NCBI GenBank assembly: GCA_023251095.1
Contig: JAHEZL010000001.1
Coordinates: 131,871-195,870, forward strand
DNA: 64,000 nt
From: Flavobacteriales bacterium
GTDB lineage: Bacteria; Bacteroidota; Bacteroidia; Flavobacteriales_C; GCA-002722245
Reading direction: 5' to 3'
Shown piece after piece: positions 11,872 through 22,120 of the stretch. Position 1 is the first letter of the stretch; every line of letters begins with the position of its first letter. Both the position numbers and the translations under genes were made by a program. Below the pieces are notes generated by a model. The model was not told the DNA's origin, ran no database searches, and worked only from the letters and a program-made list of their open reading frames with translations.

Positions 11872-13674
11872 TTATCTTCTTCCGCCTTCACGACGACGAT
11901 CTCCGCCACCACCGAAACTTCTTCCGCCACTTCCACCTTCTCTACGTCCACTTCCACTGCTGCCACCTTCACGACGTCCGCCGGAAAATCCACCGCGTCC
12001 GCCATCACGACGAATGCTGTATCCACCTCTGTCGCCACCTTCTCTTCTGCTTCCACCCTGATCCGCTCTGTTTACACGGATTTCACGGCTACCCAGCATA
12101 TACTCTGTAAAATCCTTAGGGACTTTTTCAGCATGTTGTGCAGGAACTTCGAAATAAGAATGTCTTTCTTCCATTTTAACCACAGTCACTTCGCCTGCAG
12201 GTAATTTGGTTTGCTCAACGATCAAATCAGCCAGTTCACGGGTACTCATTCTGTCGTACTCACCAATGTTGATAAAGAATCTTGTTCCTCCGGTGCTGCT
12301 GCTTCGGCTACTTCTGCTGTCGCTTCTGCCACCTTCATCACGTCTGTCGCCGGTAGCTCTTGTATCGTTTAAATCTTTATTGTCGATAGACAATTTTTTC
12401 AATTCGATAGTCACCATTTTAGCAACCAACTCTTCTTTTGAAAAAGCCGCAAACAATTCTTCGATTTTATCTTCAATTTGTTTGTTTCCTGCAATAGGTT
12501 TAGTGTTGACAACAGCTTCAGCCCATTGAGTTAACTTGATAATACCGATTTCACTGTTTTGAGGAATCAATACTTTTTCAAATTTCAACTCCAATTCTCT
12601 CTCAAACATTTTCAGTTTTCTAACTTCTGCAGAATTTACAAAAGCCATGGAAATACCGTCTTTACCGGCTCTTGCCGTACGTCCGCTTCTGTGCGTGTAA
12701 TACGGTAAGCTATCCGGCATAGAGTGATGGAAAACGTGAGTTAAGTCGTTCACATCGATACCACGTGCAGCAACGTCGGTTGCTACCAGTAATTTCAATG
12801 ATCCGGCCTTAAAGCGTTTCATCACCTGGTCGCGTTGTGCCTGCGACATATCGCCGTGCAAAGCTTCCGCCTTAACATCAGAGCGTTTTAGGTCTTCAGC
12901 CAAAGCTTGTGTAGCTATTTTAGTGCGGCAAAATACAATGGCGCGCAAATCTTCATTTACACCAATAAAGCGTTTTAAAGTCTCCATTTTATCGGATTCT
13001 CTAACCACCACATACTGATGTTTGATTTTTTTATTCATCTCACCACCTTTGTTCACTGCTACTTCAGCAGCTTCAGGCATGTATTTACTAACAATTCTTC
13101 TGATGTCTCTTGGCATAGTTGCCGAGAACAACCAGGTAACTTTGTCTTCAGGAGTATGCGATAAAATTTCATCGATATCCTCTTTGAAGCCCATGTTCAG
13201 CATCTCATCAGCCTCATCCAGAATAACGTGACTGATATCCTTAATCGACAAAGCTTTTCTTTGCATTAAGTCCATCAACCTTCCCGGTGTAGCAATAAGG
13301 ATGTGTGGTGTTTGGCGCAATGCGCGGATTTGCTCCATAATGGAAGCTCCACCGTAAACCACCTGAATTCTGATGGCAGGCATGTGCTTTGCAAACAATT
13401 GTAACTGTTGTGCGATTTGTTGGCCAAGCTCTCTGGTTGGCGCTAATATTAACGCTTGTGTGTGTTTCACATCTGTTTTAAGCGTTTCAAGCAATGGCAA
13501 TCCGAAGGCTGCTGTTTTACCAGTACCTGTTTGAGCGAGACCTATAAAGTTTCTTCTTTCTCCTGTAAGTATTGGAATTGCTTGTTCTTGAATTGGAGAG
13601 GGAATCTCTATCCCCATCTCTGTTAATGCCTTCAATAAAGGCGCGGATAATCCGAGTTCTGAAAATGTTGCCAA
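11872..13674 (-). CDS. DEAD-box ATP-dependent RNA helicase (DeaD/CsdA-like) with DbpA-type RNA-binding domain and C-terminal RGG/Gly-Arg-rich tail
   Basis: 600 aa. Q motif, Walker A AQTGTGKT, DEAD box (VILDEADEM), SAT, HRSGRTAR. About 60 C-terminal residues of GGR/RGG repeats. Confidence 0.9.
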   Translation of the reverse strand: MATFSELGLSAPLLKALTEMGIEIPSPIQEQAIPILTGERRNFIGLAQTGTGKTAAFGLPLLETLKTDVKHTQALILAPTRELGQQIAQQLQLFAKHMPAIRIQVVYGGASIMEQIRALRQTPHILIATPGRLMDLMQRKALSIKDISHVILDEADEMLNMGFKEDIDEILSHTPEDKVTWLFSATMPRDIRRIVSKYMPEAAEVAVNKGGEMNKKIKHQYVVVRESDKMETLKRFIGVNEDLRAIVFCRTKIATQALAEDLKRSDVKAEALHGDMSQAQRDQVMKRFKAGSLKLLVATDVAARGIDVNDLTHVFHHSMPDSLPYYTHRSGRTARAGKDGISMAFVNSAEVRKLKMFERELELKFEKVLIPQNSEIGIIKLTQWAEAVVNTKPIAGNKQIEDKIEELFAAFSKEELVAKMVTIELKKLSIDNKDLNDTRATGDRRDEGGRSDSRSSRSSSTGGTRFFINIGEYDRMSTRELADLIVEQTKLPAGEVTVVKMEERHSYFEVPAQHAEKVPKDFTEYMLGSREIRVNRADQGGSRREGGDRGGYSIRRDGGRGGFSGGRREGGSSGSGRREGGSGGRSFGGGGDRRREGGRR

Positions 13675-13770
13675 AATAATTTAAATTATAAAATGAGGCG
13701 CAAAGATACTAAAAACAAGCGGAAATCCATGATTACCACGAAATTAGTTCGCTTTTCGAAGATTTAGAAT

Positions 13771-15234
13771 TTACTTTCCTCCTAAATTTTCATCGCGGAT
13801 TTTGATTTTTTTAGCGTCGGGATTTCTGTAGCTGAACAGATTATTTTCTTTGATAATCCGCGCAACAATCGGAGGCACCATTCCCTCCCATTCCATTTCG
13901 TTGTTTTTGATTTTCTCCAGCACTTTATGAGAGAAGACGCTTAAGTTCTGAGCATCGTAATTTTCAAAATCAACTATTCGGTTATTGTCGATCAAATGCT
14001 TGTACAAGCTCTCGTACTTAGGAGGAATCATCATGTTCTCGGTGTTGATGATTTCATTTCCGAATTTATACGGATACAAATACAAACGAACATCGCGGTG
14101 GAACAAAGTCCCGAAGGATTCCAGCAAACCGCCATTTAAATTGCGGTAGTACTTATCGTTAAAAATATTAATGAGGGTGTTGGCTCCTAAAACCAAAGCA
14201 ATTTGCGAACCCGTATTGTATCTTGTGAGGAAAGGCACCAATTTAAAATACTCGAGAAAACTGGAAATCAACACATATTGTCCGAGAGAAGTAAGAATAT
14301 CCACCCTGTCTAAAAAGTCCTGCTCGTCAATTCCTTCTTCACCGCTTAAATCTTTCAGGGTTAATTCGGTAATTACAACTATATCGGCCTTTTCTTTTCG
14401 TGCGCCCAACTCCTTTTCAAACTGATACAAACCGTTTTTCAACATGTCGAGATGCACGTGTGTAACCGGACGAAATCGCCCTCTCAATGCCAGAATATCT
14501 TTTTTGTATAAAACTTCAGTTGGATGGATAGGCTCGTCATTCGGACCGAACATACAGGCTTCCGACATTCCCGATTTAACCAAAAACAAACTCAGCAATC
14601 TGTTGTCCACACCTTTAAAAACCGGACCGCTCACATGCACCATATCCACCTCAATTCTCCCGCTTTGCAAATTATCTCTCAAACTTTTTAAAATTCCCTG
14701 AGGGTCATGCGACATATAATAACAACCATACAACAAATTCACTCCCATCACACCAATCGCATGCTGTTGCTGCAAACCATCTCTATTGAGCATTCGGATG
14801 TGAATGATAAAATCGTTGTATTCTCCTCCCGGTTTCGATTGGAAGCGAACGCCCATCCAGCCGTGACTCTGATTGGTTTGAGAATAATTAATGGTTTCAA
14901 CTGTATCACAAAGAGAAAAAAATCTTTTTTCAGGGAAAGAAGCGCCTAAAGTATTGGTCACTCTGGAATATTCGTGATCCATCATTTGAATCAAACGAGG
15001 TTTACACACATATCTGCCCGGACGTTTTCCATAAATGGCATCACTCATCTGCATATCATAAGCAGAAAGTGACTTGGCAATCGTTCCCGATGCCGCGCCG
15101 GCCATAAAAAAATTACGCGCTATCTCTTGTCCGGCTCCAATCTCGGCAAATGATCCATAAATCGTTTTATCAAGATTAATCGCCAGAGCCTTCTGGCGGG
15201 TATCTAAGGTTTGTTCAATGTATCCCTTGTCCAT
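13771..15234 (-). CDS. conserved hypothetical protein, function unknown (487 aa)
   Basis: Long uninterrupted ORF with ordinary composition. No P-loop, Rossmann, HEXXH or other motif I can recognise. Confidence 0.5.
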   Translation of the reverse strand: MDKGYIEQTLDTRQKALAINLDKTIYGSFAEIGAGQEIARNFFMAGAASGTIAKSLSAYDMQMSDAIYGKRPGRYVCKPRLIQMMDHEYSRVTNTLGASFPEKRFFSLCDTVETINYSQTNQSHGWMGVRFQSKPGGEYNDFIIHIRMLNRDGLQQQHAIGVMGVNLLYGCYYMSHDPQGILKSLRDNLQSGRIEVDMVHVSGPVFKGVDNRLLSLFLVKSGMSEACMFGPNDEPIHPTEVLYKKDILALRGRFRPVTHVHLDMLKNGLYQFEKELGARKEKADIVVITELTLKDLSGEEGIDEQDFLDRVDILTSLGQYVLISSFLEYFKLVPFLTRYNTGSQIALVLGANTLINIFNDKYYRNLNGGLLESFGTLFHRDVRLYLYPYKFGNEIINTENMMIPPKYESLYKHLIDNNRIVDFENYDAQNLSVFSHKVLEKIKNNEMEWEGMVPPIVARIIKENNLFSYRNPDAKKIKIRDENLGGK

Positions 15235-15312
15235 AAAGCGAAAAATTTACGTAAATCTATTAAATATAAATACATCGTTGTACAAGAACACAGGAATTTT
15301 ATATTTGTGAGA

Positions 15313-17352
15313 ATGAATATTTCGTTTTTATATCCACAGTTTCTTTGGGCTTTCACCCTTCTCTCTATTCCGATCATTATTCATCTTTTTAATTTCAGAA
15401 AATACAAAGAATTGTATTTTCCCAACACCCTGTTTTTAAAGCACATTAAGGAGCAAAGCAAATCGGCAAACAACCTTAAAAACCTATTACTGCTCTTCCT
15501 GCGTTTATTGATTTTCTCCCTGTTGATTCTCGCTTTCACCATGCCTTACAGCAAACGCAACGAAGAACAGAAAGAAAGCGCATCGGCATTGCATGCTTTT
15601 TACATCGACAATTCTTTCAGCATGAATGCCTCCAATGAAAACGGCAGGCTGCTGGAAGAAGCCAAAAAACAGGCCGCGGCCATCGTAACGAATTTACCCA
15701 ACTCGGATTACTTCATGCTCACCACCAATGATTTTGAAGGGAAGCACCGCAGGCATCTGGCAAAAAAAGAATTTCTGGAAGAACTGGAAATCATTGAGGA
15801 ATCGCCTTCTTCCAAAAAATTAAATGAAGTTTATATCCGTCAGCAGGCGGATATCGCCGGTGCAACAGGCACTTCTTTATATTGGTTAAGTGATTTTCAA
15901 AAAAACAGCCTTGCCGGCAAACCAAAACAGATTGATTCATCCTTAACGCTTTATCTTCTTCCCCTTGTTCCGGTGATCAAAAACAATTTATCCGTTGATT
16001 CCTGCTGGTTTGAATCGCCGGTAAGAAAAATAGCTTCGCCCGAAGAAATTAAAATTAAAATTTCCAATCATGGCGACAAGGACCTCAACAACATTCCTGT
16101 AAAGCTTAGCATCAATGGCGAACAGAAAGCTTTCAGTAATTTTTCCATTAAGGCGAATGCGAGTCTGATTACAACTTTAACTTACTCGGTTTTTAAAGCA
16201 GGTACTTTTAACGCAAGCATTGACATTGAAGACCATCCGATAATTTTCGACAATCAGTTTTACTTCAGTTATGAGATCCGCGAGCAAACAAAAATTTTAC
16301 AGATTTTCGACAAAACGGAAAACCCTTCTTTTTTCAATCTTTTCAAAAGAGATTCTCTTTTGATATTTGAAAAACAGAGCGTGAACCAACTGAATTATTC
16401 GGATTTAAAAGAACAAGATTTAATTGTTCTCGATGAAATTGAAGTCTATTCCTCAGGATTGATTCAGGAAATTCAAAAGTTCAGCGCCAAGGGAGGAAGC
16501 ATACTTATCATCCCTTCTAAAAAAGCAAAAAACGGGAACGACTTGTTCACCGCGCTTTCCATTGATCCTTTAATGAATTCTGATTCCACTTCATCCCGCG
16601 TAGACAATATCAATTATGCTTCCGATTTTTTTCAAAATGTATTCACCAAACAGGAGCTGCAAGCCAATGAAAAAATGAATTTGCCTTCTGTTTATTATCA
16701 CTACAAAACCAACTCCGCTTATCTTTCCGGAAAAGAAATACTGATCAACTTAATCAACAACGATCCGCTTTTACTGCGCTATAAACGCAATGCCTCCAAC
16801 ATTTTTGTGATCACTGCGCCTTTAGATAAAAACAGCACCAACTTCCTGCAGCACGCGATATGTGTGCCTGTGCTGTATCGCATGGTGCTCACCTCCATAT
16901 CCAGCGACCGACTTTTTCAAACTCTTTCTTCCAACCTTCAAATTCCTTTATCCCAAAAAGAAAGCAAAGGAACAGGACAATACATTGTGGGCAACGGCAA
17001 AGAAGAATACGCTTTAAACATCTCCAAAGCAGGAGATCAACCTTTTTTATATGCAGGCAATCAAATTAAAAAAGCAGGGATTTACAACATTTTTAAAGAC
17101 AAAGTTTTAGTTGGATCAACTGCTTTAAATTACAACAGAAGCGAATCTTCAATGACTTTTGTTTCCAGCGACAATCTTAAAAAAACCTTTGGCGACGAAG
17201 CTAAAAACATCCATATTATTGAACAGAGAGAAATGAAAAGCTCTGCTTCTGCTTTGGATGCTTTAAATAAAAAAGAATACTGGAAATACTTTGTGATAGC
17301 AGCTTTGATTGTTTTGGGAGTTGAGGTGGCGGTGTATCGGTTTTGGAAGTAA
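15313..17352 (+). CDS. BatA-domain (aerotolerance regulator N-terminal domain) membrane protein without a vWA domain
   Basis: About 680 aa from the ATG at 15313. N-terminus MNISFLYPQFLWAFTLLSIPIIIHLFNF...LLLLFLRLLIFSLLILAF matches the BatA N-terminal two-TM signature. C-terminal TM segment. The ORF-track start at 15211 adds 34 non-conserved residues. Confidence 0.65.
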   Translation: MNISFLYPQFLWAFTLLSIPIIIHLFNFRKYKELYFPNTLFLKHIKEQSKSANNLKNLLLLFLRLLIFSLLILAFTMPYSKRNEEQKESASALHAFYIDNSFSMNASNENGRLLEEAKKQAAAIVTNLPNSDYFMLTTNDFEGKHRRHLAKKEFLEELEIIEESPSSKKLNEVYIRQQADIAGATGTSLYWLSDFQKNSLAGKPKQIDSSLTLYLLPLVPVIKNNLSVDSCWFESPVRKIASPEEIKIKISNHGDKDLNNIPVKLSINGEQKAFSNFSIKANASLITTLTYSVFKAGTFNASIDIEDHPIIFDNQFYFSYEIREQTKILQIFDKTENPSFFNLFKRDSLLIFEKQSVNQLNYSDLKEQDLIVLDEIEVYSSGLIQEIQKFSAKGGSILIIPSKKAKNGNDLFTALSIDPLMNSDSTSSRVDNINYASDFFQNVFTKQELQANEKMNLPSVYYHYKTNSAYLSGKEILINLINNDPLLLRYKRNASNIFVITAPLDKNSTNFLQHAICVPVLYRMVLTSISSDRLFQTLSSNLQIPLSQKESKGTGQYIVGNGKEEYALNISKAGDQPFLYAGNQIKKAGIYNIFKDKVLVGSTALNYNRSESSMTFVSSDNLKKTFGDEAKNIHIIEQREMKSSASALDALNKKEYWKYFVIAALIVLGVEVAVYRFWK

Positions 17353-17368
17353 GTGATTACATCCATTA

Positions 17369-17479
17369 CGTCATTGCGAAATTTTTGTGCTCAAAAATGA
17401 AGCAAACTTATAATGGGTGACTCACTAAAAATGATGATGAGGTTGCTTCATTTTTGAGTACAAAAATTTCGCAATGACG
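17369..17479. repeat. family-1 palindromic element, long form (37-bp inverted repeat, 37-nt spacer)
   Basis: CGTCATTGCGAAATTTTTGTGCTCAAAAATGAAGCAA ... TTGCTTCATTTTTGAGTACAAAAATTTCGCAATGACG with one mismatch. Starts 17 nt after the BatA gene stop, at a convergent junction with parC. Confidence 0.9.
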
Positions 17480-17543
17480 CACTGATTGATGACTTACTGA
17501 ATGAATAACTTAGAGGGAATGACGATACCCAACTAGATTATCC

Positions 17544-20147
17544 CTACTCTTCCTCAAAATCTAAAGTAGCCTGTGGATCTTCCGGGCCATCATTAGTCTC
17601 ATCAGGTTCCAGTGCTTCAGGAGGTGGTTCCAAAGCTTCCAGTTTATTGATGTGTTTGATTTTATATTGGGAAAGCTTATTTCCAATGGCTTTCAATCCT
17701 TTAACCGTGATTACTTCATCCACCACAATTTTTTCCGCTTTTCTTTCTTTTCCGCCTTCTTTGGAGAAAATGAGTTCAATCACCGGTCGCCAGTCGGTAG
17801 AAACATATTCCATAAATGCACCTTCTTCTTCAGCAATGAACAACACTTTGCGTTCAGTAGGCTCTATGAGGAAGCGTTTTACATTGAATACTTTTTTGGA
17901 TGGATCCCAATACACACAAGAGATTGGTTTTTTAGGAATCCATTTTTCAATGATGATCATGTCTTCTTCAAAATGCGTATCGAGCTTGTACGGATGCAGC
18001 ATATAGTGCCCCGATTGCATGATCACCAAGATTTTATCTTCGCCACGGAACTCACCCACAAATTGTCCGCGCTCCTCCGTATTCAATCGACGCGTAACGT
18101 CATCAAACCAAATTTTTCTTGCTGATAAAGTAGATACTCCCTCCTCTTTCAACTCCACTTTTTTCACAGGATATTTCGACAAAATATTACCCAGCGAATT
18201 TCTTCCTTTAATGGCTAATAATTTAAAATCGTAATCGAAATTGAATTTTTTAATTCCCGGTATCGGCTTCAACTGAACATTCACCACCTCGGCTTCTCCG
18301 TTAGGATTGGCAGAGAAATACAATATTTTAGAACCCGGAGAACCTTTGGTCAATTGATAATCTTTATCGCGGGTAACACCGGTTACAGCAAAGCGTTTTA
18401 CCATGGCGTGTCCCTTACCGCCGTCCTGATAAATGACGTTGTAAATAGTGCGCTCATCGGCTTTCTTCCAAACATTGCAATAAATAATTCCTTTGCCCAC
18501 AAACACCTTATTGGCCACTTTCACCACTTTTAAAGTCCCGTCTTCCAGGAACACTACGATGTCATCAATCTCCGAACAGTCGGCAACGTAATTGTCTTCA
18601 TTTTTAATCGCCCAGCCAATAAAGCCTTCTTCTTTATCTACATATAACTTACGATTAGCAACGATAACATTGGTAGCTTGTATCGTTTCAAAAGTTCTGA
18701 TCTCTGTTTTACGCTCTCTGCCTTCTCCGTATTTCTTTTTGAGATTTTTAAAATAATCAACAGCGTAATCAATAATATTTTCCAGATGATGTTTTACTTC
18801 CTTCATCTGTTCCTCCAACATCGCGATGTCTTTGTTGGCTTTCTCACTGTCGAATTTGGAAATACGTTTGATTTTAATTTCCGTCAATTTCGCAACATCT
18901 TCATCGGTTACTTTACGAATAAGTTTTTTCGTAAAAGGCTTCAAACCCTTGTGAATGGTAGAAATCACCTCTTCCCAGGTTTCGCAATCTTCGATGTTGC
19001 GGTATATCTTTTTCTCAATAAATATTCTTTCTAAAGATGCAGCATGCCACATCAACTCCAACTCCTCTTTGCGGATTTCCAGCTCGCGGGTGAGCAAATG
19101 CAAAGTTTGCTCGGTAGAGCGTTTTAGTATTTCGGTAACGCTTAAAAACTTTGGTTTATCATCCTCAATCACACAGGCATTGGGCGCAATAGACACTTCA
19201 CAATCCGTAAACGCGTAAAGCGCATCCATCGTAGTATCCGGAGAAATTCCCGCCGGAAGGTGGATCATGATTTCCACTTTATCGGAAGTATTGTCTTCTA
19301 TGTTTCTGATCTTGATTTTTCCTTTTTCAGTGGCTTTCACTATTGATTCCATTAAGGAAGTAGTGGTAGTTGAAAAAGGGATTTCAGTGATGGATAAAGT
19401 CTTTTTGTCAATCTTATTGATTTTCGCTCTTACACGAATTCTTCCGCCTCTTAATCCGTCGTTGTAGTTCGTAGCATCCACAAATCCTCCGGTAGGAAAA
19501 TCGGGAAACAACACTGTATTTCTTCCACGCAAACGAGCGATGGAAGCATCAATCAATTCATTAAAATTATGAGGCAACATTTTACAAGCCAATCCAACTG
19601 CGATACCTTCTACTCCTTGCGCCAGCAATAAAGGAAACTTCATTGGCGTGGTGATAGGCTCCTTGTTTCTGCCATCATAAGACAGCATCCACTTGGTGGT
19701 TTTAGGATTGAAGGAAATTTCCAGAGCGAACTTGGTGAGGCGCGCTTCAATATAACGCGAAGCAGCAGCACGGTCGCCGGTGAGAATATTCCCCCAGTTT
19801 CCCTGGCAATCTATCAATAAATCTTTCTGACCGATATTCACCAAAGCATCACCAATCGACATGTCGCCATGCGGATGGTACTTCATCGTATTTCCAACAA
19901 TGTTCGCCACTTTATTGTAGCGACCGTCTTCCATCTCCCACATCGAGTGCAACACACGGCGCTGCACCGGTTTCAATCCATCATCCACATGCGGAACGGC
20001 ACGCTCCAGAATAACATAGGAAGCATAATCCAAAAACCAGTTTTCGTACATGCCTTTAACGGCGATAACGTTCTCTAAATGAGAATCGCCGCCATCGCCC
20101 TGCAGTTCCTGATAATCGTCTTCGTTATTTATTTTATCGTCGCTCAC
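17544..20147 (-). CDS. parC: DNA topoisomerase IV subunit A (ParC; GyrA paralog)
   Basis: 867 aa. GyrA/ParC N-terminal breakage-reunion domain with an active-site Tyr region. Translationally coupled to the upstream parE by a 4-nt overlap. Confidence 0.85.
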   Translation of the reverse strand: MSDDKINNEDDYQELQGDGGDSHLENVIAVKGMYENWFLDYASYVILERAVPHVDDGLKPVQRRVLHSMWEMEDGRYNKVANIVGNTMKYHPHGDMSIGDALVNIGQKDLLIDCQGNWGNILTGDRAAASRYIEARLTKFALEISFNPKTTKWMLSYDGRNKEPITTPMKFPLLLAQGVEGIAVGLACKMLPHNFNELIDASIARLRGRNTVLFPDFPTGGFVDATNYNDGLRGGRIRVRAKINKIDKKTLSITEIPFSTTTTSLMESIVKATEKGKIKIRNIEDNTSDKVEIMIHLPAGISPDTTMDALYAFTDCEVSIAPNACVIEDDKPKFLSVTEILKRSTEQTLHLLTRELEIRKEELELMWHAASLERIFIEKKIYRNIEDCETWEEVISTIHKGLKPFTKKLIRKVTDEDVAKLTEIKIKRISKFDSEKANKDIAMLEEQMKEVKHHLENIIDYAVDYFKNLKKKYGEGRERKTEIRTFETIQATNVIVANRKLYVDKEEGFIGWAIKNEDNYVADCSEIDDIVVFLEDGTLKVVKVANKVFVGKGIIYCNVWKKADERTIYNVIYQDGGKGHAMVKRFAVTGVTRDKDYQLTKGSPGSKILYFSANPNGEAEVVNVQLKPIPGIKKFNFDYDFKLLAIKGRNSLGNILSKYPVKKVELKEEGVSTLSARKIWFDDVTRRLNTEERGQFVGEFRGEDKILVIMQSGHYMLHPYKLDTHFEEDMIIIEKWIPKKPISCVYWDPSKKVFNVKRFLIEPTERKVLFIAEEEGAFMEYVSTDWRPVIELIFSKEGGKERKAEKIVVDEVITVKGLKAIGNKLSQYKIKHINKLEALEPPPEALEPDETNDGPEDPQATLDFEEE

Positions 20148-22009
20148 TCTTTCTTAGGAATTAAGTCTTCTTCAACATCTTTTTCTACACGCAGATTGTC
20201 CATGATGAAAGTCTGACGATCAGGTGTGTTTTTACCCATATAAAACTCCAGCAATTCATTGATACGGGAATCTTTCCCCATCACCACCGGCTCTAATCGT
20301 ATGTTTTCGTTGATGAAGTTTTTAAACTCATCAGGAGAAATTTCACCCAAACCTTTAAATCGGGTAATCTCCGGTTTTTTCAATTCGGTGACAGCCGCCA
20401 GTCTTTCTTCTTCGCTGTAGCAATAGCGTGTTTCCTGTCGGTTACGCACCCTGAATAAAGGGGTTTGTAAAATATAAACGTGTCCGTTACTAATCAATTC
20501 AGGGAAGAACTGAAGGAAGAAAGTCACCAACAATAAGCGAATGTGCATACCGTCCACGTCGGCATCGGTAGCCACTACAACCTGGTTGTATCTTAAGCCA
20601 TCCAAACTCTCTTCGATGTTCAATGCTGATTGTAAAAGGTTGAACTCTTCATTCTCGTACACCACTTTTTTAGTGAGGCCGTAAACGTTCAAAGGCTTAC
20701 CGCGCAAAGAGAAAACCGCTTGTGTTTGTACATCACGCGACTTGGTGATAGATCCACTTGCCGAATCTCCCTCGGTGATGAAAAGTGTGGTTTGCAAAAT
20801 GCGCTCTCCTCCACCTTCATCGTTGAAATGCACTTTACAATCTCTTAATTTTTTGTTGTGTAAACTCGCTTTTTTAGCGTGTTCACGGGCTATCTTGCGA
20901 ATACCAGCCAATTCCTTACGCTCTCTTTCAGAGCGCTGAACCTGACGTAAAATCTCGTCGGCAACCTGCGTATTTTTATGCAAGAAATTATCGAGTTCTT
21001 TTTTCAGGAAATCACCAATGAAGCTTTTCATCGATGTTCCGCCCGGCTCAATTTCCTGAGAACCTAATTTGGTTTTGGTTTGAGATTCAAAGATAGGTTC
21101 AACTACTTTCACGCTAACAGCAGCAACAAGCGATTGTCTTACATCCACCGCTTCAAATTCTTTCCCGAAAAACTCACGTATGGTTTTCACATACATCTCA
21201 CGAAAGGCGCCCTGGTGGGTTCCTCCCTGCGTAGTATGCTGTCCGTTGACAAAAGAATAATATTCCTCGCCGTATTTTTTGGCGTGGGTAAACGCCACTT
21301 CAATATCTTCTCCTCTTAAATGAACAATTGGATAGAAAGGTTCAGCCGACAAATTACTGGCGAGCAAATCCTTCAAGCCGTTTTCCGAATAAAACTTTTC
21401 ACCGTTGAAATAAATCGTCAGTCCCGGATTCAAATGCACATAATTCCACATCATGCGTTGCACGTGCTGCACACGGAACTGATAGTTGTGGAAGATTTTC
21501 TCATCGGGAACGAAGGTCATCAAAGTCCCTTTTCTTTGGGTAGACGCCTCTATTTTATGGTCTTTCGAGATGTTTCCTTTTTCAAATTCGGCACGTTTCA
21601 CCTTGTCTTCACGGTACGACAAAACTTCAAAGTAAGTGGATAGCGCATTCACCGCCTTAGTACCAACTCCATTCAATCCTACTGATTTCTTAAAAGCACG
21701 CGAATCGTACTTTCCTCCTGTATTGATAATGGATACGCAATCAATCACTTTTCCCAGAGGAATACCGCGACCATAATCACGCACCGTTACTTTTTTATCC
21801 TTGATTTTGATTTCAACCACTTTACCGTTCCCCATCACGAACTCATCAATACTGTTATCGATGATCTCTTTGAGAAGAATATAAATACCGTCATCAGCCG
21901 CCGAGCCATCGCCCAGCTTACCAATGTACATCCCCGGACGCATACGGATATGCTCCTTCCAGTCGAGGGAGCGTATATTGTCTTCGGTATATTCTGCGTC
22001 TGCTGCCAT
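20144..22009 (-). CDS. parE: DNA topoisomerase IV subunit B (ParE; GyrB paralog)
   Basis: 621 aa. GHKL ATPase N-terminus, TOPRIM (EGDSA), GyrB C-terminal domain. No long GyrB-specific insert. Confidence 0.85.
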   Translation of the reverse strand: MAADAEYTEDNIRSLDWKEHIRMRPGMYIGKLGDGSAADDGIYILLKEIIDNSIDEFVMGNGKVVEIKIKDKKVTVRDYGRGIPLGKVIDCVSIINTGGKYDSRAFKKSVGLNGVGTKAVNALSTYFEVLSYREDKVKRAEFEKGNISKDHKIEASTQRKGTLMTFVPDEKIFHNYQFRVQHVQRMMWNYVHLNPGLTIYFNGEKFYSENGLKDLLASNLSAEPFYPIVHLRGEDIEVAFTHAKKYGEEYYSFVNGQHTTQGGTHQGAFREMYVKTIREFFGKEFEAVDVRQSLVAAVSVKVVEPIFESQTKTKLGSQEIEPGGTSMKSFIGDFLKKELDNFLHKNTQVADEILRQVQRSERERKELAGIRKIAREHAKKASLHNKKLRDCKVHFNDEGGGERILQTTLFITEGDSASGSITKSRDVQTQAVFSLRGKPLNVYGLTKKVVYENEEFNLLQSALNIEESLDGLRYNQVVVATDADVDGMHIRLLLVTFFLQFFPELISNGHVYILQTPLFRVRNRQETRYCYSEEERLAAVTELKKPEITRFKGLGEISPDEFKNFINENIRLEPVVMGKDSRINELLEFYMGKNTPDRQTFIMDNLRVEKDVEEDLIPKKE

Positions 22010-22027
22010 ATTTATTTTGAGAGAGGT

Positions 22028-22085
22028 TAAAAATAGGAAGTTCAGCCCGACTTTGGAAGTATGGCTTGCTTTTTTATCAACAAAG
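22028..22085 (-). promoter_or_regulatory. conserved ~58-bp leader element upstream of parE (copy 1 of 2)
   Basis: About 80% identical to 22947-23004. On the - strand it contains a near-consensus -7 box TATTTTTA 18 nt upstream of the parE ATG. Confidence 0.45.
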
Positions 22086-22120
22086 CATGTTGAAAGCCTG
22101 TTTCAAGATAATTCAGCGAG

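Noticed and set aside
11736-12110. ORFs of 106 aa and 85 aa (the latter His/Cys-rich) overlapping the 3' end of the DEAD-box helicase gene
   Set aside because: Both are antisense or alternative-frame products of the GC-rich RGG-repeat coding DNA. Low-complexity composition; the helicase frame is clearly the real one.
13771-15234. Considered the 487-aa unknown protein as a nucleotidyltransferase (CD-NTase-like) or a nicotinate/nicotinamide phosphoribosyltransferase
   Set aside because: There is a GS dipeptide but no nearby [DE]x[DE] catalytic pair at the correct spacing, and the N-terminal PRTase motifs are absent. The sequence does not support either call.
17647-19467. Several 66-157 aa + strand ORFs inside parC (and similar ORFs inside parE, coaBC, ligA and others)
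   Set aside because: They are antisense to long, well-supported genes, with no motifs and biased composition. Typical shadow ORFs.
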